64,000 nt of DNA from Macrostomum lignano (taxonomy: Eukaryota). The stretch is taken from positions 1 through 64,000 of the forward strand of contig NIVC01001839.1 of assembly GCA_002269645.1 (NCBI GenBank), written 5' to 3'. The notes below the pieces were generated by a model. The model searched no databases. It saw nothing but the letters and a program-made list of their open reading frames with translations, and had not been told where the DNA came from. A program made the position numbers and the translations under genes. Shown piece by piece: positions 36,601 through 49,839 of this stretch. The first letter of the stretch is position 1, and the number at the start of each line of letters is the position of its first letter.

Positions 36601-38600
36601 ATATTCCACTCTCCCTACCCTAGATATTCCACTCTCCCTACCCTAGACATCCCCACTATCCCTACCATAGACACCCCACTCTCCCTACCCTAGATATTCC
36701 ACTCTCCCTACCCTAGACATCCCCACTATCCTTACCATAGACAAACCACTCTCCCTACCCTAGATATTCCACTCTCCCTACCCTAGATATTCCACTCTCC
36801 CTACCCTAGATATTCCACTCTCCCTACCATAGACACCCCACTCTCCCCACCCTAGATATTCCACTCTCCCTACCCTAGACATCCCACTCTCCCTACCCTA
36901 GACATCCTATTCTCTCTACCCTAGACATCCCAATCTCACCAGATATCCCACCAGCATCATCTGCAGACAGTCTATGGACTGACTGGCCAACCACTCAGCT
37001 TCGCATCTCTCCGACGTCTCGTCAGCCGCTCTCAGCAGAGCTCCATCATCAACCGCGAGTGCGTCTCCTTCAATCAAGCTACTAGCAGCAGACAATTTGG
37101 GAGGCAACTTTTCGGCGATACATCGAATAGCGCCGGCGGCAGCGAGAGCGGCTTCGCGATGTCGGTCCAAGCAGGTTCGAATTTCAACCAGAATTTTCAA
37201 CCTGCCTGTGATCGCCTCGCGCTGACTGGAAATCCAGGACTCGATGCTGGCGTCGCCGTCTTCATCAGAGAAGGATGATCGAGTGGCAGTTGCTGAGGTG
37301 AAGTCAATGGAATCTCTATCCCAACCACCAGCGGCTGTCCGAGCCTGATTAACAGCTTTGGCATAGTTCTGCATAGGTGATGACGGATATGTAAAAAATA
37401 TTGGTACAATAGGTATGTAGATTGGTAGATAGATCGGTAGATAGGTAGATAGATAGTTCAATAGGTACGTAGACAGGTAGAGTTAGTTATCCTAGATAGT
37501 CCCATGAAATCCGATAGTCTCAGATCCTCAGAGGTAGGTAGGTAAATAGATAGGTAGCAGGAGTTAGACAGGATAGTGTCACTTGATATACAAGTGTCAC
37601 CTGTTAGACAGGATAGTGTCACCTGTTAGACAGGACAGTGTCACCTGTTAGACAGGATAGTGTCATCTGTTAGACAGGATAGTTTCACCTGTTAGACAGG
37701 ATAGTGTCACCTGTTAGACAGTATAGTGTCACCTGTTAGACAGGACAGTGTCACCTGTTAGACAGGATAGTGTCACCTGTTAGACAGGATAGTGTCACCT
37801 GTTAGACAGGATAGTGTCACCTGTTAGACAGGATAGTGTCACCTGTTAGACAGGATAGTGTCTCCTGTTGGGTAAGTAAGTAGGTACGTCAGGCAGGTAA
37901 GTCGATAGGCAGGTAGACAGATGGGTAGATAGATCTGATAGATCGATAGATACAGACACAGAGATAGGTGGGTGGATACTAGATAGATATCCCATACCGC
38001 ACACCCCTAGGCAATTAAAAAATAGGAGCGTCAACCCGCGCCTCATTTCCGTTGCAGTGCATCAGAAAGTGCTCCAGCTCGGCATCCTGACCCAGCACCG
38101 GGTGCCGCCGCAGCGCGGTCAAGTAGTCTTGAAGGCCGGCCTCCCGCTCCTCCAGAAACAGCCGCCGCTGCCGCCGCTGCCTCATCGCCAGGCCGCTGGC
38201 GCCCGGCAGAGTCGGCAGCTCCGGCCGGCCACGCGTTGGCAGCTCCGGGATCAGCCAGTGAGGCCGACGCTGCACCAGCGATTCGTGCAGTCGACGAAAA
38301 TCGCTGTAGCGTCTAACAACGCCTTCGGTGGTGGAGTGGCCGCAGCGAATCGAATAAACCCGGTGGCTGAACAGCGGGAGGCCTCGCGACTCGTCTAGAA
38401 GTCTAACTTGGACACTTGGACCTTGACAGTTAAAACAGTCGAAAAAATGTATAAAATTGATTATTTTGTAATACTGTTAAATCTAGTTTTAGTATATTTT
38501 TTTAACTTCCTTATTGTTGTCAATGAACTTTAGAAATACTTTTTCAGAAAATCATAAACTAAATTGATAAATAATTACCTGCAAACAAGCTTTCATCCAT
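33609..38600 (-). CDS. PX-domain sorting nexin-like gene, left copy; exons 38579-38600, 38036-38421, 36940-37368, 35795-35986, 33609-33665 (~361 aa)
   Basis: PX motif VVRRYSDFRRLHESL...WLIPELP...LEEREAGLQDYL..L..HPVL...LEHFL, followed by a helical (possibly BAR-like) region. All splice phases are consistent (ATG...GCA G|GTAATT; AAG|GT; CAG|AAC; CCAG|CGT; TTT|GTGAGT; CAG|CTT...TGA). The exon-2 and exon-3 donors each have a nearby alternative. Confidence 0.85.
33700..35680. repeat. 22-bp minisatellite (GAGGATCGGGACTTCAGGATCT)n in sorting nexin intron 4 (left)
   Basis: About 90 variant units. Confidence 0.97.
36095..36925. repeat. 23-bp minisatellite (CTAGATATTCCACTCTCCCTACC)n in sorting nexin intron 3 (left)
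   Basis: About 36 units. Confidence 0.97.
37555..37870. repeat. 22-bp minisatellite (ACCTGTTAGACAGGATAGTGTC)n in sorting nexin intron 2 (left)
   Basis: Reverse complement of the 16965-17697 unit. Confidence 0.95.
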
Positions 38601-39352
38601 TATCTCCAACAGTAGTTATGTGATTCTAGAAAAAAAGGTATTGCAATAATTTTAGTTTTAATTTTTGGATAATTTTTTATTTGTGATCTTATTTTTATCT
38701 TATTAGCTATTTATTAACATATGTTAAGTACAGAATAAGATGCAAAGTAAATATTCTCTAATTATTATAGTTTACTATAATATAAATTTTCAGTGGTTAG
38801 TCAGGTTGTCTTTTATTTTAAAAAATATTTTCTGAAAAAACTTATATCACGTCAACACAGATTTACTAAAATAGTTATTTTTTAAATATGTTTCTGAATG
38901 TACTAATATTATGATAGCTACATTTAAATTTTTTATTTTGACTGATAAAAGCAAGGTTTCTATTTTTCGTAATTGTAAACTTGTGAATATGAAATGTATT
39001 CCTTACTACAAAAATAGAGCACATTACTTACAACTACTTTTGGTCGAAGTATAAACACTTTCTAGCTAATCGACTTACGCGGGAAGAAAAAGTAATTTAT
39101 AATTTATAAATTTATAACGCTGTATTGTGCCACTCTAAGCTTTATCCGTCCTTCACGTTTCGTAGAGGCTTCTACGAAAACAGTAAATTTGATTTAATGC
39201 CAACGTCATACATGTATAACAATTTACTATTATTTTCGTTTTATTTTTTATACCGATTGACACTATATTAATACTAATAATTAATGCCTATTTTGTTATG
39301 CTTATGCCCCAATATATTAGATCATATATTAGTATTAGCTTCGTATATTTGT

Positions 39353-39544
39353 CAGGGGCGTAGCCAGGAATTTCCTACGGGGGGACACACCAAAGGTGAA
39401 TTTTCTACGGGGGGGATACACCAAGGTAAAAGTGCTATGAAGAGTCACACGGTAGCATGTATAGCAACAAAGGGCAACAAAAAAATTTTGGTCAGGCTCT
39501 TCGGGGGGGATACATCACCCCTATCCCCCCTCCCTACGCCCCTG
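39353..39544. mobile_element. 192-bp hAT-like MITE (left copy)
   Basis: TIR CAGGGGCGTAG...CTACGCCCCTG; 8-bp TSD ATATTTGT/ATATTTTT (7/8 here, perfect in the right copy). Confidence 0.85.
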
Positions 39545-40599
39545 ATATTTTTTGTATTGTATTAAGCGGTCAGGTTGCGTTTCGCGGGTACGTTTTTATA
39601 AGTCTGTATAGCATCTAGGAATCCTAAACAGATTTAGAAATGGCTATTAATCAGATGTAAAGCACAAATTATTAGATCTGAAGTTTTAAATGTACGTTAA
39701 TGTATGTTAAACTAGCAAGTAGTATATATGAATTGAAGGCATCCATTGATCTTATGATTCATGCGTTATACATTTTCCCTATCCGCAGTTTCTTGAAATA
39801 CATGGATAACAAGTACATTTAATTACCTTTAAATAGATTACTTTGATTACTTATGATTCCATTTACTTTATTTACGTAACGGTTCTAATAAGTCGTCCCT
39901 AAATTGGAAAAATAACTGAGGAAATGAACTATTATTGCATGAAAAATAGTCATGTGTATATGTATCTCATCTAAAATTAAAATAACCTTCTACTGTATCT
40001 GTTTGATTCAGCAGACAACTTTGTGGCTTCTTAAGCTTGATAAGAAAATTTTGACATTGCAAAGTTGCCAAAGTTTTGACAAAGTTGCAACCAGGGTGTG
40101 ATTTGTCACCTGGTGTCTCCCGGCCATCGAAGGATGATGATCTACATGTTGAATGCTTAATAGATTAATCGAGGATGCTTACGGTAGCAGTTAAGGCTTG
40201 TTCACTGTCAAGGTTTGATCAACAAAAGTAGAGAAATTCGCAAAACATGGTATGCACAGTATGTTGAATGTTCAGAAGCTCCGCCTGGATCATCTTCCCA
40301 CTGACAAAGAAGTCAAGAGTTGATGCAGATACATGTGGTCGATGTGCTGACAAAATGTTTAGGCTTGGCAAGGCCGCACTGGAGCACGAAGGTGTATTAA
40401 ATACACTTAGCGCCTATGAAAAAATCCGACCTCCTGGAAGAATCATTGAATATCTCGAGAATTATTGAATTATCGGGGGGTCTCTTCTATTGGTAATTCG
40501 ATGGACAGAAAATACCTTGGTGAGAAAGTTTGTGTTTGTGCAAACTCGGAGCTGTTCCGATGTTTTGCAGAGTCGTGAAGCACTGTGAAGTTCCGCAAG

Positions 40600-42062
40600 T
40601 TCCGTACTCCCAGTTCCGCAAGCCCCCTGTTCGCCTGGTACCTTTGCGGGCTGCAAGAGAACGCGGCAGAACGCACGCGGGTGGAACGCCACGAGGAGAC
40701 TGGCGCAACTCGATCATGCGCTGGTTCGCACTCGCGAGCGCCGCCGCGTCACCAACTGTGACACCATGGCTCCACTGGCTCTCTGGTCATACCACCGACC
40801 ACCGACTCCTGCTCTGCGACTTGCGGCTCCGCGGCAACGGCGCTACTATCGCGCCCTGTTGGACACCCGCGTGAAGCGTCAATTGGCGGACGCCTTCGTC
40901 GGCGCATTTGGAGACCATCGTCTGCAGTCGGTGCTGGACCCGTAACTTCGATACGAGCAGAACGGATTACGGCCGCAACGCGGTACAGAGACACAGATCC
41001 TCGCACTCAGCCGTGTCATCGAGGAGACGCGCATCCGCCAGTCTACGCTGATCATTCATTGTCTTCGGTGACTTTCGAAAGGCGTTTGACTCGGTGTTGA
41101 GAGCCGCTGAGACACTTTATCAGAAGTTTTGCAGGGCGACACGCTGGCGCCGTTCCTTCGTGCTCTTCGTGCTGGACTGGGTGCTTCGACCGCACTCCCC
41201 TCGGCTAACGACGGCTTCCTGCTGCGCAGACGCATCGGTCGCCCCCACGGCGAAAAGCGCCTGAACGTTCTTGGCTACGCCGACGACCTCGCCCTCTTGT
41301 CCTCGTCCGTTGAAAGGCGCCCAGCGCCAGATTGACAAGCTGGTTGAGGTGGAATCGAGCGTCGGTCTGGTTGTCAAACGCTGAAGACCGAGGTGCTGAC
41401 TGTGCCGGCCGATATCACAGCGGACCTGACGTGCCGCGGCGCAGATGGGCAGACGACCAGGCTCGCACGCTGCCAGTGGGTCACCTACCTCGGCGGTATG
41501 GTGCCCGACGTGGAGAAAGACCTCCGGCGGCTCAGAGGACTTGCCTAGGCAGCCTTCCGTTCGATCCGGGCTGTCGTCCAATCCGAAGCGCTGCCCGACC
41601 GCCAGAGGGCTCGGCTGTGGCAGGCGGTGGTCGAGACCATTCTGCTCTACAACGCCGAGACGTGGACGCTGACGGCTACGCTGGAGCGTCAGCTGGACTC
41701 GGCGCACTCAGGGCTGCTCCGTGCGGCCTTTCGAGCTGACGAGAGCGTCGGGACCGAGGCCCTGTACGATCGGGCCAAGCTGCCCGTCCATCATCCTGCG
41801 CCGGCGGTGACTTCAACTGGCGGACCACGTGATCCGGGCCGAGGGCTACTGCCCCCAACCTGTTCAGGACGTCCTGCTGCTCACCTTGCAGGGCCCGTTC
41901 AGGCCGGGTCAGGCCCGAACCGTCGATACGTGGACTGCCTGCTGTGCGACGCTGCCAATGGAGCGGACTTCGTTCATTCTCAGGCTGCTTCGGCGCCATC
42001 TGACGCGCCCTGCTCTAACTGTGACCTTGCATGCGGGCTGCGTACTTGTTGTTGTTGTTGTT
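40600..42062 (+). mobile_element. Decayed non-LTR retrotransposon, family C (APE C-terminus + internally deleted RT), (TTG)n tail; left copy
   Basis: APE-like AQLDHALV...HRLLLCDL; RT LRYEQNG, DFRKAFDSV joined directly to QGDTLAPFL, LGYADDLALL and ILLYNAETWTLT. TTG repeats at ~42046-42062. Confidence 0.92.
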
Positions 42063-42199
42063 GCTTTTTAGTTTTCGTTTTTAGCAAACTGGGGGTTTGA
42101 TTCGTTCACAGCCTTGACCCTCTATGAATTCTGCCCACAGCTTACGACCGGCGTTGGGGCTGCTGCACAGGTCCGCGTGGCAGGTAATACCGAGGGTGC

Positions 42200-42720
42200 G
42201 GCGGGTCCCTTCCAGATTCGCGCACTCCACGGCCACGTGGATATTGCTTGTTGATGTTGGATGATGTTGTTGGAAGAGCCATTTTGCGCGCCTATGTACC
42301 GGCACCTGCTCCATCGTCTTCCAGAACGAAGTTCTCGCCATCAGCTCCTGCGCCATGGAGCTGTACAATCAGCGCTTCTGGGGGAAGGAGATTACCCTCC
42401 ACTTGGACAGTCAAGCGGCGATTCACGCCCTTGAGCGCACCACTACCTGCTCGAGTACAGTCCTCGACTGCATCGGGCAGCTCAACCGCTTAGGCGCCTC
42501 TAACAAGGTGTCCCTAAGGTGGATCCCGCGGCACTCGGGCACCCCGGCAACGTGGCCGATCGCCTGGCCAAGGCTGGCTCGACCGGTTCTTTTACTGGTC
42601 CCTGCCCGTGGCCCCCACCTCCATCGCCGTTGTCACCACTCGGATCAACCAGCGGTGGCTTCTAAGCTCAGTGAGAGGTGGGCTACCGCCCCGACTGCCG
42701 GAAATCCATGTTTAAGTAAG
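42200..42720 (+). mobile_element. RNase H fragment of an I-group-type LINE (left copy)
   Basis: VFQNEVLAI, LDSQAAIHAL, VLDCIGQLNRLG and VSLRWIPxHS; GNELADRLAK after a frameshift (clearer in the right copy). Short TAAG tail near 42712. Confidence 0.85.
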
Positions 42721-43279
42721 TCAAGTGCTGCTATGTTTAACGTGTCTTTACTATGCAACATTGCACGAGAAAACCAGCACAATGAACTCATCAGATTCAA
42801 TGCTTTGGGTAATTGTATTAAATTATTCTATACTGATGTACACTCAGAAACATGTTAAACTTTCCAGTGGTAACTTTTCACAGATTTCAGCCCCTACAAA
42901 GTGACGAAAATCACAGCACGCCCGTGATTCTCGTCTCAACTGTGGAGTGTAATACAATTTGCGTCACAATTGGCCTTAGCTTAGGTTGGGGAGAAGTGAG
43001 TGGACAGTTTACAGCTAGAGTTGAATTAAACATTGCCACTTCGTGACACTGGTTAGTTTGTCGTACAAATACACACCTGAAATGTATAAGTAGCTGCCCT
43101 AGAAGCCATTGACGTGTTGATTCTTAACAGATCTTGTCTATCTTCTTGGTTGCTGCGCAAGTACTTGCAAGAACGTGCAAGATCTTTGCTATGATAAAAC
43201 TGAGGTAAACTTACCAGATCTGGGCGACTTGCTACGTCGTGCAAGATGTTAACTTTTATATCTTTTTATAGCTTCGAAT

Positions 43280-43931
43280 NNNNNNNNNNNNNNNNNNNNN
43301 NNNNNNNNNNNNNNNNNNNNNNNNNNNNNNNNNNNNNNNNNNNNNNNNNNNNNNNNNNNNNNNNNNNNNNNNNNNNNNNNNNNNNNNNNNNNNNNNNNNN
43401 NNNNNNNNNNNNNNNNNNNNNNNNNNNNNNNNNNNNNNNNNNNNNNNNNNNNNNNNNNNNNNNNNNNNNNNNNNNNNNNNNNNNNNNNNNNNNNNNNNNN
43501 NNNNNNNNNNNNNNNNNNNNNNNNNNNNNNNNNNNNNNNNNNNNNNNNNNNNNNNNNNNNNNNNNNNNNNNNNNNNNNNNNNNNNNNNNNNNNNNNNNNN
43601 NNNNNNNNNNNNNNNNNNNNNNNNNNNNNNNNNNNNNNNNNNNNNNNNNNNNNNNNNNNNNNNNNNNNNNNNNNNNNNNNNNNNNNNNNNNNNNNNNNNN
43701 NNNNNNNNNNNNNNNNNNNNNNNNNNNNNNNNNNNNNNNNNNNNNNNNNNNNNNNNNNNNNNNNNNNNNNNNNNNNNNNNNNNNNNNNNNNNNNNNNNNN
43801 NNNNNNNNNNNNNNNNNNNNNNNNNNNNNNNNNNNNNNNNNNNNNNNNNNNNNNNNNNNNNNNNNNNNNNNNNNNNNNNNNNNNNNNNNNNNNNNNNNNN
43901 NNNNNNNNNNNNNNNNNNNNNNNNNNNNNNN
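43280..43931. other. Assembly gap (652 N)
   Basis: Run of N. Confidence 1.
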
Positions 43932-44360
43932 GGAGTAACATGATACTGAAGACTTCGGCAAAATGAATCATATAAATCTGCTCGATCTATAGACAATTCG
44001 CTGCTATGGTTTCAAAGTGGTTTCAGAGACCATATTCGCAAATTTGCTTGGATCTAAAAGATGCCTTTTCAACAACGACGGAAACCTCTGCTGAGGATGA
44101 TGATGCCTGGTGGTGACGCTGATTTGCTGTCAGCTCGTGCCCATCTGCCAAGGTGCACCTGCGATGATGAAGCAGCCTACTGACGAGAGCTCAATGAGCA
44201 TCGACAAGAAAGCGAAGGTTGGCTATGGTCTCGGCGTGGAGAGTCCCAGCGAGCTGGCAAATTATCTAATGCAGCTGCACAGTGCCCTTGCTCTTGCTGG
44301 AAGGCCTCGGTAGGTCAAATAATAATCCGTTTTAGAGTAATAATTATTATCTAACCACTA

Positions 44361-44741
44361 CACCTTTTTGCGTTCTATCTCATTAAAACTGCATTCAATT
44401 TCGGCAAACTGGCTTTTATTTTCGGCATCAGCTACGGCCGCACATCCAAACTGCATTCGAATTGGACAAACCGAGAAACAATTTCGGCAAACTGCATTTA
44501 ATTTCGGCAACTCGAGTTTCTACACCTTTTGCGAACTCCAAATAGCAGTACTTGTTCAGAATCTAAGAAATCCCTCTCTTCTGTCTTTATTCCATTCTTA
44601 CATTGGTGTCGCTGTCGAAATTGTGTGCAGTTTGCCGAAATTGAAAATCAGTTTGTCTAAATAGAATCTCGAGTTGCTGAAAATGAAAGCCAGTTTGCCG
44701 AAATTGAATGCAGTTTTATCGAAATAGAACGCAAAAAGGTG
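44361..44741. mobile_element. 381-bp Tc1/mariner-type MITE (TA TSD, ~70-bp TIR) in the palindrome spacer
   Basis: TA|CACCTTTTTGCGTTCTAT...AAAACTGCATTCAATTTCGGCAAACTGGC at left and its reverse complement ending CGCAAAAAGGTG|TA at right. Confidence 0.85.
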
Positions 44742-46514
44742 TAGGCTACAACCCCCTTTAAGAATGCTTTGTTAAATATTTAAACTGGCATGCTCAAAAA
44801 ACGAAAGTAGTCAGAACTACTCAAGTTTGTTTGCAATTTTTATCTGATCTCACTATTCTTCCATATTTGCAACGCTTCCATTTTTGTTTCCCATCTTTTT
44901 CTTCGAATTGGAACTGTTTTGTATGCACCATGAAGCTTCAATAATAGAGAAGTAATTTTTAATTGTGTCACTATAATATAGATTCCACCGCACTATAGTT
45001 TTGTCAGTGATGGATGCTGTATAATTAGTCTAATCTTCTTTCCTAAAACTGTTCCCAAATTTTCAGATTTGGCAAGCGCAGCGCGATAAAAAGCGTCCCT
45101 GGCAAGGCCTATAATTATCATTCGTCGAAATTCTCCTGCAAGTGGCTGTTCTGCTGGTGACCGGTACGTGCGATCGTCTCTAAAAGTATAAATTGGCGAG
45201 CAAGTTTACGCGACATACTAACGAATTCGGTGACAAAAAGTTTGTCTGGCGAACTTGATAGAAACTGATAATAAAAACGTTTTCTTACCAAGTAACGATG
45301 TCTGGTTGTTTCAATTTCGTTAAACATTTCAGTCTCTCCAATTTTAAGTGTAACGCCTGATTAGGCAATGTTTTACCATCAATGTTGGTAATGTAGTGTT
45401 CAGTACGTTCTCGTACGCTGGATAGACTCCTAGAATAATAACGAGGTACATGATGTAACATTCGATATTGCAACCGGGCGCGGACTGTGCAAGTTTTACG
45501 ATTCAATGTCTTTGAGGCTGTACAGTTTTATGTAGTTTCACAAGAATTGAATATTCACAACAGTTTCACAAACAATAAGCCTTGTTGACGACTTGCTAAG
45601 AAAATAATGCATAATTGTTCATAAATCTTTGGTGTAAATGCATACAAAGTCAAAGACAACAACAACAACAATTTTAACCTCTCGCCGGCCACGAGTGGCC
45701 ACAAAGGGGAGAGGTGTAGGTGTCAGGACGCACGTATTTGGGCCGAACCTCTAAAAAAGTCACCCTAGAGGACATTCTGTTTCTCAACTTAGCAGATCTT
45801 GTCTCTGTGCCATTCTTAGCAGATCTTCTCAATCTGCTCGGTTCTTGCAGGATCTTCTAAGAAGGGAGGTACATTTGTTTTGTCATTCATTTGGCCAAAG
45901 TGTTCTAGCTTTATTATGATTTATTTTATGGCAAAATGGGACAATAAAATTAATAAAATATGCGATTCGAAGCTATAAAAAGATATAAAAGTTAACATCT
46001 TGCACGACGTAGCAAGTCGCCCAGATCTGGTAAGTTTACCTCAGTTTTATCATAGCAAAGATCTTGCACGTTCTTGCAAGTACTTGCGCAGCAACCCAAG
46101 AAGATAGACAAGATCTGTTAAGAATCAACACGTCAATGGCTTCTAGGGCAGCTACTTATACATTTCAGGTGTGTATTTGTACGACAAACTAACCAGTGGT
46201 CACGAAGTGGCAATGTTTAATTCAACTCTAGCTGTAAACTGTCCACTCACTTCTCCCCAACCTAAGCTAAGGCCAATTGTGACGCAAATTGTATTACACT
46301 CCACAGTTGAGACGAGAATCACGGGCGTGCTGTGATTTTCGTCACTTTGTAGGGGCTGAAATCTGTGAAAAGTTACCACTGGAAAGTTTAACATGTTTCT
46401 GAGTGTACATCAGTATAGAATAATTTAATACAATTACCCAAAGCATTGAATCTGATGAGTTCATTGTGCTGGTTTTCTCGTGCAATGTTGCATAGTAAAG
46501 ACACGTTAAACATA

Positions 46515-47040
46515 GGCACTTGACTTACTTAAACATGGATTTCCGGCAGTCGGGGCGGTAGCCCACCTCTCACTGAGCTTAGAAGCCACCCAGGTTGATC
46601 CGAGTGGTGACAACGGCGATGGAGGTGGGGGCCACGGGCAGGGGACCAGTAAAAGAACCGGTCGAGCCAGTCTTGGCCAGGCGATCGGCCAGCTCGTTGC
46701 CGGGGTGGCCGAGTGCCCGGGGATCCACCTTAGGGACACCTTGTTAGAGGCGCCTAAGCGGTTGAGCTGCCCGATGCAGTCGAGGACTGTACGCGAGCAG
46801 GTAGTGGTGCGCTCAAGGGCGTGAATCGCCGCTTGACTGTCCAAGTGGAGGGTAATCTCCTTCCCCCAGAAGCGCTGATTGTACAGCTCCATGGCGCAGG
46901 AGCTGATGGCGAGAACTTCGTTCTGGAAGACGATGGAGCAGGTGCCGGTACATAGGCGCGCAAAATGGCTCTTCCAACAACATCATCCAACATCAACAAG
47001 CAATATCCACGTGGCCGTGGAGTGCGCGAATCTGGAAGGG
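46515..47040 (-). mobile_element. RNase H fragment of an I-group-type LINE (right copy)
   Basis: Mirror of 42200-42720; WIPGHS and GNELADRLAK. Confidence 0.85.
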
Positions 47041-47169
47041 ACCCGCACACCCTCGTATTACCTGCCACGCGGACCTGTGCAGCAGCCCCAACGCCGGTCG
47101 TAAGCTGTGGGCAGAATTCATAGAGGGTCAAGGCTGTGAACGAATCAAACCCCCAGTTTGCTAAAAACG

Positions 47170-48660
47170 AAACTAAAAAGCAACAACAACAACAACAAAG
47201 TACGCAGCCCCGCATGCAAGGTCACAGTTAGAGCAGGGCGCGTCAGATGGCGCGCCGAAGCAGCCTGAGAATGAACGAAGTCCGCTCCATTGGCAGCGTC
47301 GCACAGCAGGCAGTCCACGTATCGACGGGTTCGGGCCTGACCCGGCCTGAACGGGCCCTGCAAGGTGAGCAGCAGGACGTCCTGAACAGGTTGGGGGCAG
47401 TAGCCCTCGGCCCGGATCACGTGGTCCGCCAGTTGAAGTCACCGCCGGCGCAGGATGATGGACGGGCAGCTTGGCCCGATCGTACAGGGCCTCGGTCCCG
47501 ACGCTCTCGTCAGCTCGAAAGGCCGCACGGAGCAGCCCTGAGTGCGCCGAGTCCAGCTGACGCTCCAGCGTAGCCGTCAGCGTCCACGTCTCGGCGTTGT
47601 AGAGCAGAATGGTCTCGACCACCGCCTGCCACAGCCGAGCCCTCTGGCGGTCGGGCAGCGCTTCGGATTGGACGACAGCCCGGATCGAACGGAAGGCTGC
47701 CTAGGCAAGTCCTCTGAGCCGCCGGAGGTCTTTCTCCACGTCGGGCACCATACCGCCGAGGTAGGTGACCCACTGGCAGCGTGCGAGCCTGGTCGTCTGC
47801 CCATCTGCGCCGCGGCACGTCAGGTCCGCTGTGATATCGGCCGGCACAGTCAGCACCTCGGTCTTCAGCGTGTTGACAACCAGACCGACGCTCGATTCCA
47901 CCTCAACCAGCTTGTCAATCTGGCGCTGGGCGCCTTTCAACGGACGAGGACAAGAGGCGAGGTCGTCGGCGTAGCCAAGAACGTTCAGGCGCTTTTCGCC
48001 GTGGGGCGACCGATGCGTCTGCGCAGCAGGAAGCCGTCGTTAGCCGAGGGAGTGCGGTCCGAAGCACCCAGTCCAGCACGAAGAGCACGAAAGGAACGGC
48101 GCCAGCGTGTCGCCCTGCAAAACTTCTGATAAAGTGTCTCAGCGGCTCTTCAACACCGAGTCAAACGCCTTTCGAAAGTCACCGAAGACAATGATCAGCG
48201 TAGACTGGCGGTTGCACGCCTCCTCGATGACACGGCTGAGTGCGAGGATCTGTGTCTCTGTACCGCGTTGCGGCCTAATCCGTTCTGCTCGTACCGCTGG
48301 TACGGGTTCAGCACCGACTGCAGACCGTCTCCAAGTGCGCCGACGAAGGCGTCCGCGAATTGACGCTTCACGCGGGTGTCCAACAGGGTGCGATAGTAGC
48401 GCCGTTGCCGCGGAGCCGCAAGACGCAGAGCAGAAGTCGGTGGTATGACCGGAGAGCCAGTGGAGCCATGGTGTCACAGTTGGTGACGCGGCGGCGCTCG
48501 CGAGTGCGAACCAGCGCATGATCGAGTTGCGCCAGTCTCCTCGTGGCGTTCCACCCGCGCGCGTTCTGCCGCGTTCTCTTGCAGCCCGCAAAGGTGACCA
48601 GGTGACCAGGCGGACAGGGGGCTTGCGGAACTGGGAGTACGGAACTTGCGGAACTTCCAG
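47170..48660 (-). mobile_element. Decayed non-LTR retrotransposon family C (right copy)
   Basis: Mirror of 40600-42062 with small indels. Confidence 0.92.
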
Positions 48661-49646
48661 TGCTTCACGACTCTGCAAAATATCGGAACAGCTCCGAGTT
48701 TGCACAAACACAAACTTTCTCACCAAGGTATTTTCTGTCCATCGAATTACCAAGAGAAGAGACCCCCCGATAATTCAATAATTCTCGAGATATTCAATGA
48801 TTCTTCCAGGAGGTCGGATTTTAATAATTTAATACACCTTCGTGCTCCAGTGCGGCCTTGCCAAGCCTAAACATTTTGTCAGCACATCGACCACAAGAGC
48901 ATCAGCTCTTGACTTCTTTGTCAGTTGGGAAGATGATCCAGGCGGAGCTTCTGGACTTTCAACATACTGTGTATACCGTGTGTTGCGAATTTCTCTATAC
49001 TTTTGTTGATCAAACCTTGACAGTGAACAAGCCTTAACTGCTACCGTAAGCATCCCGATCGATTAATCTATTAAGCATTCAACATGTAGATCATCATCCT
49101 TCGATGGCCGGGAGACACCAGGTGACAAATCACACCCTGGTTGCAAACTATGTCAAAATTTTCTTATCAAGCTTAAGAAGCCACAAAGTTATCTGCTGAA
49201 TCAAACAGATACAGTAAAAGGTTATTTATTAATTTTAGATGAGATACATATACACATGACTATTTTTCATAGAGTTCATTTCCTCAGTTATTTTTCCAAT
49301 TTAGGGACGACTTATCAGAACCGTTACGTAAATAACGTAAATGGAATCATAAGTAATCAAAGTAATCTATTTAAAGGTAATTAAATGTACTTGTGATCCA
49401 TGTATTTCAAGAAACTGCGGATAGGAAAAATGTATAACGCATGAATCATAAGATCGATGGATGCCTTCAATTCATATATATCTACTTGCTAATTTAAAAT
49501 ACATTTAAAACTTCAGATCTAATCATTTGTGCTTTACATCTGAGTAATAGCCATTTCTAAATCTGTTTAGGATTCCTAGATCCTAAACAGACTTATAAAA
49601 ACGTACCCGCGAAACCCAACCTGACCGCTTAATACAATACAAATAT

Positions 49647-49839
49647 CAGGGGCGTATGGAGGGGGGCCTAGGGGGGATGTATCCCCCCCGAAGAGCCTGA
49701 CCAAAACTTTTTTGTTGCCCTGTGTTGCTATACATGCTACCATGTAACTCTGTCATAGCACTTTTACCTTGGTGTATCCCCGCCGTAGAAAATTCACCTT
49801 GGTGTATCCCCCCGTAGGAAATTCCTGGCTACGCCCCTG
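49647..49839. mobile_element. 193-bp hAT-like MITE (right copy)
   Basis: TIR CAGGGGCGTA; perfect 8-bp TSD ACAAATAT on both sides. Confidence 0.88.

Noticed and set aside
36095-36925. TAGGG-containing array as an interstitial telomere
   Set aside because: The unit is a 23-mer, not (TTAGGG)n.
43246-43996. ORFs spanning the N run
   Set aside because: Artefacts of translating an assembly gap.
45675-45720. GGCCAC-GA-GTGGCC hairpin as a Helitron 3' end
   Set aside because: No CTRR terminus at the expected distance and no 5' TC end identified.
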